Source: an uncultured Schumannella sp. (GTDB lineage Bacteria; Actinomycetota; Actinomycetes; Actinomycetales; Microbacteriaceae). Taken from it: a stretch of DNA of 64,000 bases. The notes below the pieces were generated by a model. It was not told the origin of the DNA. It saw only the letters and a program-made list of their open reading frames with translations, and searched no databases. The DNA is taken from positions 7,844-71,843 of the forward strand of contig NZ_CAJQNT010000009.1 of assembly GCF_905479755.1 (NCBI RefSeq), given 5' to 3'. Both the position numbers and the translations under genes were made by a program. Below, piece after piece: positions 34,295 through 44,038 of the stretch (positions are counted from its first letter, which is position 1; every line of letters begins with the position of its first letter).

Positions 34295-35233
34295 CTAGGC
34301 CCAGCCGCGCGCCGAGCGCTCCGCCCAGTACTGGGCGGGGTCGATCGTGAGAGCGGCGAGGTCGGCGGCGGCGACGCCGGGTTCCCGGGCGGCGAGGTTC
34401 GAGTGCAGCTGCTCGACCGTGACGGCGCCGCTCAGCACGATGTCGGCCCAGGGCTGGGCGAGCACGGCGCCGATCGCGAAGGCGTCCGCGCTCTGCCCCT
34501 CGCCGTCGGCGAGCCGGGCGGCGGCCGCGTCGGGTTCGACGAGGCGGCCATTGGCGAGGGCCTCTTTCACGACGACGAGCCAGCCGGTGGCGTCGGCGTG
34601 CGCGAGCGCGGGGCCGGCCGAGGGCTCGAGCAGGTTCCAGGTCGCCTGCACCACCGAGAACGGGGAGTCGGTCACGTCGAGGGCACGTTCGATCACGGCG
34701 CTCTGCTCGGGTCCGCTGGTCGAGATCCCGACGCGCACGCCGTCGTCGGCGAGGCGACGCAGCGCGTCCAGCAGCGGACCATCCGAGAGGGCGGGGCTCT
34801 CGGGGGTGACCGAGTGGATGAGGTAGAGGTCGGGATGAGTGCCGAGCGCCGCGACCGAGTGCGGCCACTGCCGCTCGAACATCGCCAGCGAGTGCTCTTT
34901 GCGCTCGTGCTGCGGCGCATCCATCCGCCAGTTGCCGACGTACTCGTAGCCCCACTTCGACCCGATCGTCAGCCGGTCGCGCCGACCCGGATGACGGGCG
35001 ACCCAGGAGCCGAGGAATCCCTCGGCGTCGCCGTAGGAGCGGGCCGCGTCGACGTAGCGGATGCCCGACTCCCAGGCGGCCTCCAACAGCTCGTGGGCGC
35101 GTCGCCGCATGCCGTCGATGGTGCGCTCGGCCGGGTCGCCGAGGTCGCGGTCGCGCCCGCTCGTGATGTAGGCGGGACGTCCGATGGCGGCCAGCCCGAG
35201 GCCGATCCGCGACGCCGTGTTCTCGCTCACCAT
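34295..35233 (-). CDS. aldo/keto reductase
   Basis: GLGLAAIGRPAY...YVDAARSYGDAE...KWGY. This frame is protein-like, whereas the overlapping ORFs are Arg/Pro junk. Confidence 0.85.
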   Translation of the reverse strand: MVSENTASRIGLGLAAIGRPAYITSGRDRDLGDPAERTIDGMRRRAHELLEAAWESGIRYVDAARSYGDAEGFLGSWVARHPGRRDRLTIGSKWGYEYVGNWRMDAPQHERKEHSLAMFERQWPHSVAALGTHPDLYLIHSVTPESPALSDGPLLDALRRLADDGVRVGISTSGPEQSAVIERALDVTDSPFSVVQATWNLLEPSAGPALAHADATGWLVVVKEALANGRLVEPDAAAARLADGEGQSADAFAIGAVLAQPWADIVLSGAVTVEQLHSNLAAREPGVAAADLAALTIDPAQYWAERSARGWA

Positions 35234-35298
35234 TCGACGGTATCGCGCCGCGTCGAACGGTGTCGAAACACTTCTCGCGCGCGGGTAATCTCAGCGCT

Positions 35299-35940
35299 AT
35301 GCCCGATTGGCCGCACCTGGTCGCCTTCTCTCTCGCCGCTCTTGTTCTGATCGTGATTCCCGGACCGAGCGTGCTGTTCAGCGTCGGTCGGGCGCTCGCG
35401 CTCGGGCGTCGGGGCGGTGTGCTGAGCGTGCTCGGCAACGCGGTCGGGCTGATCCCGCTCATCGTCGCGGTCGCGGTGGGCCTCGGAGCGATCATCGTGC
35501 AATCGGTGCTGTTGTTCACGATCATCAAGATCGCCGGCGCCACCTACCTGATCTACCTCGGAGTGCAGGCGATCCGCCACCGGCACCGCAACGGCGCCGC
35601 ACTCCTGGAGGGGGCGGCGGTCTCCCGCTCGCGCCGCCGGCTGCTCGGGGAGGGCTTCGTCGTCGGCATCACCAATCCGAAGACGATCGCGTTCTTCGTC
35701 GCCGTGCTGCCCCAGTTCGTGGTGGCGAGCGTCGGGCCGGCGTGGGTTCAGATGCTCGTCTTCGGGCTGATCTTCTTCGTTCTCGCGGTCATCTCCGACT
35801 CCGCGTGGGCGATCGCAGCCGGGTCGGCGCGCGACTGGTTCGCCAAGTCGCCGGCGCGCATCGCGAACCTGGGCGCGGTGGGCGGCGTCATGATGATCGG
35901 ACTCGGGGGAACCCTCGCGTTCGCGGGCGCGAAGGCGTAA
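35299..35940 (+). CDS. LysE/RhtB family amino-acid exporter
   Basis: MPDWPHLVAFSLAALVLIVIPGPSVLFSVGRAL... Start at ATG 35299 inside ORF 35260..35940. Confidence 0.8.
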   Translation: MPDWPHLVAFSLAALVLIVIPGPSVLFSVGRALALGRRGGVLSVLGNAVGLIPLIVAVAVGLGAIIVQSVLLFTIIKIAGATYLIYLGVQAIRHRHRNGAALLEGAAVSRSRRRLLGEGFVVGITNPKTIAFFVAVLPQFVVASVGPAWVQMLVFGLIFFVLAVISDSAWAIAAGSARDWFAKSPARIANLGAVGGVMMIGLGGTLAFAGAKA

Positions 35941-35968
35941 CCGCCCAACGCGGTTATCCGCGGCGGAG

Positions 35969-37537
35969 TCAGGCCACCCGGACCACGATCTCGTGCAGGC
36001 CGGTCGCCCCGTCGGGAATGACGCCCTGGATGTCCTCGGTCTGCACCTCGCCGTCGACGCTCGTCGCGCGCACTCGGATGCGGTGGTCGCCGCTCGTCGC
36101 TGTCCAGTCCAGGCGCCACTGCACCCAGGTGTCGACCGAGATGGCGGTCGCGAGCTCCGCGGGCTGCCACGCGCCCCCGTCGATCTGCACGTCGACCGCG
36201 GCGATGCCGGTGTGCTGATCCCAGGCGACGCCCGCGATCGTGACGGCTCCGGCATCCACGGTGCGTCCGCTGTACGGCACGTCGATGCGGCTCGAGATCT
36301 TCACCGGACCTTCGGCGCTCCAGCCGCGATCCGTCCAGTACGCCGTCTGATCGGCGAATCGCGTGACTTCGAGCTCGGTCACCCATTTGGTCGCCGACAC
36401 GTAGCCGTAGAGCCCGGGCACGACCAGCCGCGCGGGAAAGCCGTGCTCGACCGGCAGCGGCTCGTCGTTCATGCCGATCGCGAGCACCGAGTTGCGCTCC
36501 GCGTCCTGCAGCACGCCGAGCGGCGAGCTGGCCGTCCAGCCGTCGATGCTCTTCGACAGCACCATGTCGGCACCGGCCTGCGGCTTGGCGCGCGCCAGCA
36601 GCTCGCGGATCGGATAGCCGAGCCACTTGGCGTTGCCGATCAGCCCGCCGCCGACCTCGTTCGAGACGCACATGAGCGTCGTGTACGACTCCTCGAGCGG
36701 CAGCGCCAACAGCTCGTCCCAGCTCAGCTCGAACGGCTCGTCGACGAGGCCGTGGATGCGCAGGCTCCAGTCGGCCGGGTCGACCTGCGGCACGCGCAGC
36801 GCGGTGTCGATCCGATAGAAGAGCTCATTCGGGGTGATCACCGGCGCCAGGCCGTCGATGCCGAGCTCCGCGCTCGCCGGAACGGCCGCGGCGGTCGTGG
36901 CCGCGCTCGGCAGGGTGAACGCCTCACGGACGGTGGTGGCGGTGCGGGTGGCGGCCTGCAGGGCGTTGGCGCCCAGCGTGGCGAGCGCGCCCACGACGGC
37001 GGTTCCCGCCGACCAGCCGAGGAAGCCACGACGGCTGAGTCCCGCGGTGTCCGCGGCCGCGGACACCGCGTGCTCGCCGGGGCGCTCGGGGCGCTTCCGC
37101 AGCAGCATCGTCAGCGCGATCGCCCCGACGACACCGGCGACGGCGGAGGGCAGGGGCGAAAGCAGGCCCGCATCCGAGCGGGTCATCGCGGCGGCCACCC
37201 CGAGGGCGGCGCCGACGCCGAACAGCACGCGGCCGAGCGGCGAGCGGCGACTCTCGATCACGCCGGCGAGTGCCGCCAGTGCGGCGACGACCAGTCCGAT
37301 GCCGACGATCAGGGCGATCTTGTCGGCGGTGCCGAACAGCGCGATCGCCGCGTCTTTGGCCCACGACGGCGCCAGATCGATCGCGGCGGCGCCGATGACG
37401 GTGAAGGGACTGCCGGTCGGCACGAGCAGTGCGGCGGCCAGCTCACCCGCGCCCGCCGCGGCAACCCCGGCGGCGAGACCCGCCACCGCGGGCAGTGCGA
37501 ACTGCCGTGCGGGAGAAGACGTGCCGCTGCTTCGCAT
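35969..37537 (-). CDS. molybdopterin-dependent oxidoreductase (sulfite-oxidase family) with N-terminal membrane domain
   Basis: FYRIDTAL...WSLRIHGLVDEPFELSWDELLALP...TLMCVSNEVGG...NAKWLGYPIREL. Confidence 0.8.
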   Translation of the reverse strand: MRSSGTSSPARQFALPAVAGLAAGVAAAGAGELAAALLVPTGSPFTVIGAAAIDLAPSWAKDAAIALFGTADKIALIVGIGLVVAALAALAGVIESRRSPLGRVLFGVGAALGVAAAMTRSDAGLLSPLPSAVAGVVGAIALTMLLRKRPERPGEHAVSAAADTAGLSRRGFLGWSAGTAVVGALATLGANALQAATRTATTVREAFTLPSAATTAAAVPASAELGIDGLAPVITPNELFYRIDTALRVPQVDPADWSLRIHGLVDEPFELSWDELLALPLEESYTTLMCVSNEVGGGLIGNAKWLGYPIRELLARAKPQAGADMVLSKSIDGWTASSPLGVLQDAERNSVLAIGMNDEPLPVEHGFPARLVVPGLYGYVSATKWVTELEVTRFADQTAYWTDRGWSAEGPVKISSRIDVPYSGRTVDAGAVTIAGVAWDQHTGIAAVDVQIDGGAWQPAELATAISVDTWVQWRLDWTATSGDHRIRVRATSVDGEVQTEDIQGVIPDGATGLHEIVVRVA

Positions 37538-37664
37538 GGTGTCAGCCTAGGTCGGGCTGCTTCGAATTGTCCGGGTCGTGTGCTGGGTGCGCGGTGGCGG
37601 GATATCCCGTCTGGCTGGCCGCGCATCGATGGAGCTGTGGCGCGGAGGTTCGTACGCTCGCACC

Positions 37665-38114
37665 ATGACTCCCGCACAGCAGACCGCCGTCGACCACTTC
37701 GCCGCCAAGCTCCGTTTCGAGACCGACCCCTCGGATGTGCAGGCGGCGCTGGACGCGGGCGAGGCGCTGAGCTTCGTCGACGTGCGCAACGAGGTCGCGT
37801 GGCGACAGGGTCGCGCGGTCGGCGCGATTCACCTGCCGCGGCAGGACGTCGCCGCCCGCGCGGTCGACGTGCTCCCCCGCGAGGTGCCGGTGGTCGTCTA
37901 CTGCTGGAGCCCGGGCTGCAACGGGTCGACCAAGGCGGCGCTCGAGCTGAGCCGGCTGGGCTTCGAGGTGCGCGAGATGATCGGCGGCTTCGAGTACTGG
38001 GCGCGCGAGGGGCTGCCGGCCGTGGACGACTCCGGCGACATCACGCGGCCGGTCGACGAGCTGACCGGTCCGCGCGCGATGGCGGGTGCGGGCGCGATCT
38101 CCTGCGACTGCTGA
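37665..38114 (+). CDS. rhodanese-like sulfurtransferase domain protein
   Basis: FVDVRNEVAW...VVVYCWSPGCNGSTKAALEL (active-site Cys loop). Start at ATG 37665. Confidence 0.75.
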   Translation: MTPAQQTAVDHFAAKLRFETDPSDVQAALDAGEALSFVDVRNEVAWRQGRAVGAIHLPRQDVAARAVDVLPREVPVVVYCWSPGCNGSTKAALELSRLGFEVREMIGGFEYWAREGLPAVDDSGDITRPVDELTGPRAMAGAGAISCDC

Positions 38115-38190
38115 GCCCTCGGGGGGCGATCGGCGCGCAAATGTATCCCGAAAGCCGTCTTTCGCAACTATGAGCGCCTGAAAACCCCGA

Positions 38191-38204
38191 TTCTGTATAC
38201 AGAA
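38191..38204. promoter_or_regulatory. perfect 14-bp palindrome TTCTGTATACAGAA, GntR-type operator candidate
   Basis: Fits the GntR/FadR-type NyGT-Nx-ACNy dyad. Ends 27 nt upstream of the GntR-prpDBC operon start. Confidence 0.45.
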
Positions 38205-38230
38205 CCGGGGAAGCGGCGTACAGTGGGCCC

Positions 38231-38887
38231 GTGCGTGCGAGCGATCGGGCCTACGAGGCGCTGCGAGGAGACATCCTCGCCTGGCGCCTGCGCCCCGGCA
38301 CTCCGCTCAGCGAGATCGAGCTCGCCGAGCGCCTGGGCGTCTCGCGCACCCCGCTGCGCGCGGCCCTCGCCCGTCTCGCCGTCGAAGGCTTCGTCGACAC
38401 GACACGCGGCCGCACCGCGATCGTCTCCGACGTCTCGGAGCACAGCGTGCGCGGCTACTTCGAACTGCGCGAGGCCCTCGAGACGCACGCCGCGAAACTC
38501 GCCGCGCGCCGCCGCAACGACGCCGTCTTCGCCGACCTCGCCGAGCGCTTCGACCGCGCCACGGGCCTGCTCGACGCGGGCGACATCGACTCGTACTACG
38601 CGCTGATCGCCGAATTCGACCAGGCGCTCGCCGTCGCGATCGAGAACCCGGCCTTCGCCGCCAGCCTCGACGCCGTGCGCGCGCACCTCGCGCGCGCCCG
38701 CCGCATGGCTGCCGACAACGCGGAGCGCCTGCGTCGCTCGGCGAGCGAGCACCGCCTCATCTGCGAAGCCATTCGTGACGGCGACGAGGCGCTCGCCGCC
38801 TCCGCCGTGTCGGCGCACCTGCGCCATGCCCTCACCACCATCCTCGCGACGCTGGCCGTGCGAGACCGACAGGAGACCCCCGCGTGA
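38231..38887 (+). CDS. GntR family (FCD domain) transcriptional regulator
   Basis: [49 protein letters not shown], plus a helical FCD-like C-terminus. 4-nt overlap with prpD. Confidence 0.85.
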   Translation: MRASDRAYEALRGDILAWRLRPGTPLSEIELAERLGVSRTPLRAALARLAVEGFVDTTRGRTAIVSDVSEHSVRGYFELREALETHAAKLAARRRNDAVFADLAERFDRATGLLDAGDIDSYYALIAEFDQALAVAIENPAFAASLDAVRAHLARARRMAADNAERLRRSASEHRLICEAIRDGDEALAASAVSAHLRHALTTILATLAVRDRQETPA

Positions 38888-40389
38888 AGAATCACCTCGT
38901 TCGCACCTACAAGAGCTCGGAGCCGCTGCCCCGGGAGGAGCAGTTGGCGTGGAAGATCGCCGAAGTCGCGGTCGACCCGGTCGAGGTGAGCGCCGAGGTC
39001 ACCGACATGGTGATCAACCGTGTCATCGACAACGCCTCTGTCGCGGTCGCGTCGCTCGGACGTGCGCCGGTGACCAGCGCGCGCGGACAGGCCCTCGCGC
39101 ACCAGCCCACCCCCGGGGGTGCCGGCGCCTCGGTCTTCGGGGTGACCAGCAAGCACAGCCCCGAGTGGGCCGCCTGGGCGAACGGGGTCGCCGTGCGCGA
39201 ACTCGACTACCACGACACCTACCTCGCCGAGGAGTACTCGCACCCCGGTGACAACATCCCGCCCGTGCTCGCCGTCGCGCAGCACGTCGGCAGCGACGGT
39301 GCCGATCTCGTGCGCGGTCTTGCCACCGGCTACGAGATCCAGATCGACCTCGCCACCGGGATGAGCCTGCACCGGCACAAGATCGACCACGTCGCGCACC
39401 TCGGCCCGAGCGCCGCCGCCGGCATCGGCACCCTGCTGGGCCTCGCCCCCGAGACGATCTACCAGGCCATCGGCCAGGCGCTGCACACCACCACCGCCAC
39501 GCGCCAGTCGCGCAAGGGCGAGATCTCCACCTGGAAGGCGCACGCCCCCGCCTTCGCCGGAAAGATGGCCGTCGAAGCGATCGATCGGGCGATGCGCGGG
39601 CAGACCTCGCCCTCGCCGATCTGGGAGGGCGAAGACGGCGTGATCGCGTGGCTCCTCGGCGGCCCCGAGGCGCGCTACACGATCCCGCTGCCGGAGGCCG
39701 GGGAGGCCAAGCGTGCCATCCTCGACTCCTACACGAAGGAGCACTCGGCCGAGTACCAGGCGCAGGCCTGGATCGACCTGGCCCGCCGTCTCGGCACCGA
39801 GCGGCCCGAGTTGCGCGACCCCGCCAACATCGCCCGCGTCGTGCTCGCCTCCAGCCACCACACGCACTACGTGATCGGATCCGGCGCGAACGACCCGCAG
39901 AAGTACGACCCGACCGCCTCGCGCGAGACGCTCGACCACTCGATTCCCTACATCTTCACCGTCGCCCTGCAGGACGGCGCCTGGGATCACGTCGGCTCCT
40001 ACGCGCCGGAGCGCGCACAGCGCGCCGACACGGTGGAGCTGTGGCAGAAGGTCACCACCGTCGAAGACCCGGAGTGGACACGCCGCTACCTCTCCACCGA
40101 CCCGAAGGAGCAGGCCTTCGGCGGGCGGGTCGAGATCGAGCTGGTGAGCGGGGAGCGCATCGTCGACGAGATCGCGGTGGCGGATGCGCATCCGCTCGGC
40201 GCCCGGCCGTTCGCGCGCGCCGAATACGTGGCCAAGTTCCGCACCCTCGCCGCGGGCGTGCTCGCCGACACCGAGATCGAGCGCTTCCTGGCCGCGGCCG
40301 AGGCGCTGCCGACCCTCGGCGCGGGCGAGCTCGACCAGCTCAACGTCGTCGCCGAGGGACTGCCCGTCTCGCCGAAGGGACTCTTCTGA
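38884..40389 (+). CDS. prpD: 2-methylcitrate dehydratase (MmgE/PrpD family)
   Basis: 501 aa of PrpD length, with prpB and prpC downstream. Motifs [17 protein letters not shown] and HPGDN. Confidence 0.85.
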   Translation: MKNHLVRTYKSSEPLPREEQLAWKIAEVAVDPVEVSAEVTDMVINRVIDNASVAVASLGRAPVTSARGQALAHQPTPGGAGASVFGVTSKHSPEWAAWANGVAVRELDYHDTYLAEEYSHPGDNIPPVLAVAQHVGSDGADLVRGLATGYEIQIDLATGMSLHRHKIDHVAHLGPSAAAGIGTLLGLAPETIYQAIGQALHTTTATRQSRKGEISTWKAHAPAFAGKMAVEAIDRAMRGQTSPSPIWEGEDGVIAWLLGGPEARYTIPLPEAGEAKRAILDSYTKEHSAEYQAQAWIDLARRLGTERPELRDPANIARVVLASSHHTHYVIGSGANDPQKYDPTASRETLDHSIPYIFTVALQDGAWDHVGSYAPERAQRADTVELWQKVTTVEDPEWTRRYLSTDPKEQAFGGRVEIELVSGERIVDEIAVADAHPLGARPFARAEYVAKFRTLAAGVLADTEIERFLAAAEALPTLGAGELDQLNVVAEGLPVSPKGLF

Positions 40390-41297
40390 TGCTGCACGCG
40401 AACCTCACCGCGAGCGCCAAGCGCGCCGCCTTCCGCGCCCGCCTGGCGAGCGGCGAACTGGTGCGGATGCCCGGCGCCTTCAACCCGCTGAGCGCCCAGC
40501 TCATCCAGGACAAGGGCTTCGAGGGCGTCTACATCTCGGGTGCCGTGATGAGCGCCGACCTGGGGCTTCCCGACATCGGGTTGACGACCCTCACCGAGGT
40601 CGCCGGTCGCGCGGCGCAGATCGCGCGGGTCACCGACCTGCCGGCGCTGGTCGACGCCGACACCGGCTTCGGCGAGCCGATGAACGTCGCGCGCACCGTG
40701 CAGGTGATGGAGGACGCGGGCGTGGCCGGCATCCACCTGGAGGATCAGGTCAACCCGAAGCGCTGCGGTCACCTCGACGGCAAGGAGGTCGTCGACGAGC
40801 AGACGGCGCTGAAGCGGATCCGTGCCGCGGTGTCGGCCCGGCGCGACCCCGACTTCCTGATCATGGCGCGCACCGATATCCGCGGGGTGGAGGGCATGGC
40901 CGCCGCGATCGATCGCGCTAAGGCGCTCGTCGATGCGGGCGCCGACGCGATCTTCCCCGAGGCAATGGCGAGTCTCGAAGAGTTCGCCGCGATCCGCGCG
41001 GCCGTCGACGTGCCGGTGCTGGCGAACATGACCGAGTTCGGCAAGAGCGAGCTGTTCACCACGGCGCAGCTGGCCGACGTCGGGGTGAACATCGTGATCT
41101 TCCCGGTGTCGCTCCTGCGTCTGGCGATGGGCGCGGCGGAACGTGGCCTCGACACGATCCTCGCCGAGGGATCGCTGACCTCGAAGGTGCCCGAGATGCA
41201 GACCCGGGCACGCCTCTACGAACTCGTCGACTATGCGGCCTACGGTTCGTTCGACGACAACATCTTCACCTTCGACCTGAACAACAACAGGAGCTGA
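40389..41297 (+). CDS. prpB: methylisocitrate lyase
   Basis: MPGAFNPLSAQLIQDKGFEGVYISGAV...DADTGFGE...EDQVNPKRCGHLDGK. The ATG overlaps the prpD TGA. Confidence 0.9.
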   Translation: MLHANLTASAKRAAFRARLASGELVRMPGAFNPLSAQLIQDKGFEGVYISGAVMSADLGLPDIGLTTLTEVAGRAAQIARVTDLPALVDADTGFGEPMNVARTVQVMEDAGVAGIHLEDQVNPKRCGHLDGKEVVDEQTALKRIRAAVSARRDPDFLIMARTDIRGVEGMAAAIDRAKALVDAGADAIFPEAMASLEEFAAIRAAVDVPVLANMTEFGKSELFTTAQLADVGVNIVIFPVSLLRLAMGAAERGLDTILAEGSLTSKVPEMQTRARLYELVDYAAYGSFDDNIFTFDLNNNRS

Positions 41298-41298
41298 C

Positions 41299-42405
41299 AT
41301 GACAGAGATCAAGAAGGGGCTCGCGGGTGTCGTCGTTGACACCACCGCGATCTCGAAGGTCAACCCCGAGACCAACTCGCTGCTCTACCGCGGCTATCCG
41401 GTGCAGGATCTCTGCGCCAGCCGCACCTTCGAGGAGGTCGCCTACCTGCTCTGGCACGGCGAGCTGCCGAGCGAGGACGAGCTGCAGAACTTCCAGGAGC
41501 TGGAGCGAGCGCACCGCGCGCTCACCCCGCTGGCCAAGCACACGATCGACCTGCTGCCGAAGGATGCGCATCCGATGGATGTCATGCGCACCGCCATCAG
41601 CGCGATCGGTGCCGCCGATGCGACCGCGGCCGACGCGAGCCCGGAGGCCAACCTCGACAAGGCGGTCCGACTCTGGGCCCAGCTGCCGGCGATCGTCGCC
41701 TACACGCAGCGTCGTCGGCGCGGCCTCGACCTCGTCGAGCCCCGCGGCGACCTCGGCTATTCGGCGAACTTCCTGCACATGACCTTCGGCGAAGTGCCCG
41801 ACCTGGTGGTCGTCAACGCCTTCGACGTGTCGATGATCCTGTACGCCGAGCACTCCTTCAACGCTTCCACCTTCACCGCGCGCGTGATCACCTCGACGCT
41901 CGCCGACCTCTACTCGGCCGTCGTCGGAGCGGTCGGCGCGCTCAAGGGCCCACTGCACGGCGGCGCGAACGAAGCCGTCATGTACGTCTTCGACGAGATC
42001 GGCGAGGCCGCGAAGGCGGAGGCCTGGCTCGACACCGCGCTCGCCGAGAAGCGCAAGATCATGGGCTTCGGCCACCGCGTCTACAAGAGCGGCGACTCGC
42101 GCGTGCCGACGATGAAGCAGGCGCTCGACAGCCTGATTCAGGAGTACGACCGCCCCGACCTCGCCGAGCTGTACACGACGCTCGAGCAGGCGATGGATGA
42201 CCGCAAGGGCATCAAGCCCAACCTCGACTACCCGAGCGGGCCGGCGTACCACCTCATCGGCTTCGACACCGAGCTCTTCACGCCGCTGTTCGTCGCCAGC
42301 CGGGTCACCGGCTGGACGGCGCACATCCGGGAGCAGCTCGAGTCGAACGCGCTCATCCGCCCGCTCTCGGAGTACGTCGGCCCGGAGCAGCGTCAGGTCC
42401 CCTGA
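41299..42405 (+). CDS. prpC: 2-methylcitrate synthase / citrate synthase
   Basis: LLYRGYPVQDL...ILYAEHSFNAST...GPLHGGANE...GFGHRVYK. Confidence 0.85.
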   Translation: MTEIKKGLAGVVVDTTAISKVNPETNSLLYRGYPVQDLCASRTFEEVAYLLWHGELPSEDELQNFQELERAHRALTPLAKHTIDLLPKDAHPMDVMRTAISAIGAADATAADASPEANLDKAVRLWAQLPAIVAYTQRRRRGLDLVEPRGDLGYSANFLHMTFGEVPDLVVVNAFDVSMILYAEHSFNASTFTARVITSTLADLYSAVVGAVGALKGPLHGGANEAVMYVFDEIGEAAKAEAWLDTALAEKRKIMGFGHRVYKSGDSRVPTMKQALDSLIQEYDRPDLAELYTTLEQAMDDRKGIKPNLDYPSGPAYHLIGFDTELFTPLFVASRVTGWTAHIREQLESNALIRPLSEYVGPEQRQVP

Positions 42406-42437
42406 CGCCGCGCGGCTTCGGGTGGTACGTTCCGCAC

Positions 42438-43499
42438 ATGTCGCGAATCGTGGCGGTGGCACCGGCGCTGCCCGAGCATGCCTACACGCAGAGTGAGATC
42501 ACGGCGGAGCTCGCCGACCTGATCGCTCCGGTGAGCCCGCAGCGCGCCGTGCTGGAGCGCTTCCATGCCGCGAGCGGCATCGGTCGCCGACACACGGTGC
42601 TGCCCCTGGAGCACTACCGCGAACTCGGCGGGTTCACCGAGGCGAACGACATCTGGATCAGCGAGGGCACCGCGCTCGCAGCGCGCGCGCTGACCACGGC
42701 GCTCGACGCGGCCGGTCTCGATCCGCGCGAGGTCGACTACCTGCTGTTCACCTCGGTGACCGGGATCGCGGCCCCGTCGATCGACGCCCGCCTGGTTCCG
42801 CTCGTCGGCCTTCGCCCCGACATCAAGCGGATGCCCTCCTTCGGCCTCGGCTGCGTCGCCGGCGCCGCGGGGCTTGCCCGGGTGCACGACTACCTGGTCG
42901 GCCACCCCGACGAGATCGCCGTGCTCGTCTCGGTCGAGCTCTGCTCGCTCACCCTGCAGCGCGACGACCTCTCGGTGGCGAACTTCGTCGCCAGCGGCCT
43001 GTTCGGCGACGGCGCGGCAGCGGTCGTGGTGGCCGGGGCGAACCGCGCGGAGGAGCTCGGCCTGCCGGGCCCGGAGATCCTCGACACCCGCGCCGCGCTG
43101 CACCCCGACAGCCAGAGCGTCATCGGCTGGGACGTCGGCGGAACGGGCTTTCGCATCGTGCTGAGCGCCTCGGTCTCGGAGACGGTCGGCGGCGGTGTGC
43201 CGCGCGAGGTGCTCGCGCTGCTGGAGCGGCACGCGCTCGGCACCGCGGACATCGCGGCATGGATCGCGCATCCGGGTGGCCCGCGCGTGCTGGAGGCCTT
43301 CGAGGTGGGCCTGAATCTCGGCAGCGGGCAGCTCGCACCGAGTTGGCGCTCTCTCGAGTCGGTCGGCAACCTCTCCTCCGCCTCCGTTCTGCACGTGCTC
43401 GCCGATCAGTTCGTCCAGACGGACGGTGCCTTGGGCGTGGTGCTCGCCGTCGGGCCGGGAGTCACCAGCGAGTCGGTGCTGCTGAAGTGGGTGGCGTGA
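42438..43499 (+). CDS. type III polyketide synthase (chalcone/stilbene synthase family)
   Basis: 353 aa. GLGCVAGAAGL carries the catalytic Cys context; also FGDGAAAVVV and HPGGPRVL. Confidence 0.85.
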   Translation: MSRIVAVAPALPEHAYTQSEITAELADLIAPVSPQRAVLERFHAASGIGRRHTVLPLEHYRELGGFTEANDIWISEGTALAARALTTALDAAGLDPREVDYLLFTSVTGIAAPSIDARLVPLVGLRPDIKRMPSFGLGCVAGAAGLARVHDYLVGHPDEIAVLVSVELCSLTLQRDDLSVANFVASGLFGDGAAAVVVAGANRAEELGLPGPEILDTRAALHPDSQSVIGWDVGGTGFRIVLSASVSETVGGGVPREVLALLERHALGTADIAAWIAHPGGPRVLEAFEVGLNLGSGQLAPSWRSLESVGNLSSASVLHVLADQFVQTDGALGVVLAVGPGVTSESVLLKWVA

Positions 43500-44038
43500 T
43501 GACGCTCACCCTGGTGATGTTCGCAGCTCTCCTGCTGCTCACGGGTGTGGAGCGCCTGATCGAGCTGGTGATCTCGCGCCGAAACGCCGCCTGGGCCTTC
43601 GCCCGCGGCGGGATCGAGAGCGGCAAGCGCCATTTCCCGGCGATGGTCGCGCTGCACACCGGGCTGCTGGTCGCGGCATTCCTCGAGGCCTGGCTCGGCG
43701 AGCGTCCGTTCATCCCGGAGCTCGGCTGGCCGATGCTGGTGATCGCGCTGCTCTGCCAGGCGGGACGCTATTGGGTGATCGCCTCGCTCGGGTTCCAATG
43801 GAACACGCGCGTGATCGTCGTGCCCGGGCTCGCGCTCTCGCGACGCGGACCGTACCGCTGGTCGTGGGTGCGCCACCCGAACTACGTGATCGTCGCCCTC
43901 GAAGGGATCGCCCTGCCGCTGGTGCACACCTCGTGGATCACCGCCATCGTGTTCACGGTGCTGAACGCGATCCTGCTGCTCGGCTTCCGCATTCCCACCG
44001 AGAATCGCGCCCTGGCCGCGGCGCGCCCGACCCGGTGA
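43499..44038 (+). CDS. isoprenylcysteine carboxyl methyltransferase (ICMT) family membrane methyltransferase
   Basis: Start ATG 43499 overlaps the PKS stop (ATGA). Multi-TM, with GPYRWSWVRHPNYVIVALEGIALPL. Confidence 0.75.
   Translation: MTLTLVMFAALLLLTGVERLIELVISRRNAAWAFARGGIESGKRHFPAMVALHTGLLVAAFLEAWLGERPFIPELGWPMLVIALLCQAGRYWVIASLGFQWNTRVIVVPGLALSRRGPYRWSWVRHPNYVIVALEGIALPLVHTSWITAIVFTVLNAILLLGFRIPTENRALAAARPTR

Noticed and set aside
35993-38173. 726-aa plus-strand ORF spanning the molybdoenzyme and rhodanese loci, with similar artefacts at 38596..40191, 41266..42462, 45409..47262, 49082..50983 and 50767..52155
   Set aside because: Each overlaps a confidently recognised gene on the other strand or in another frame, and each has a low-complexity composition. 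The N-terminal 466 aa of track ORF 47738..51106 is rejected likewise; the peptidase starts at 49136.
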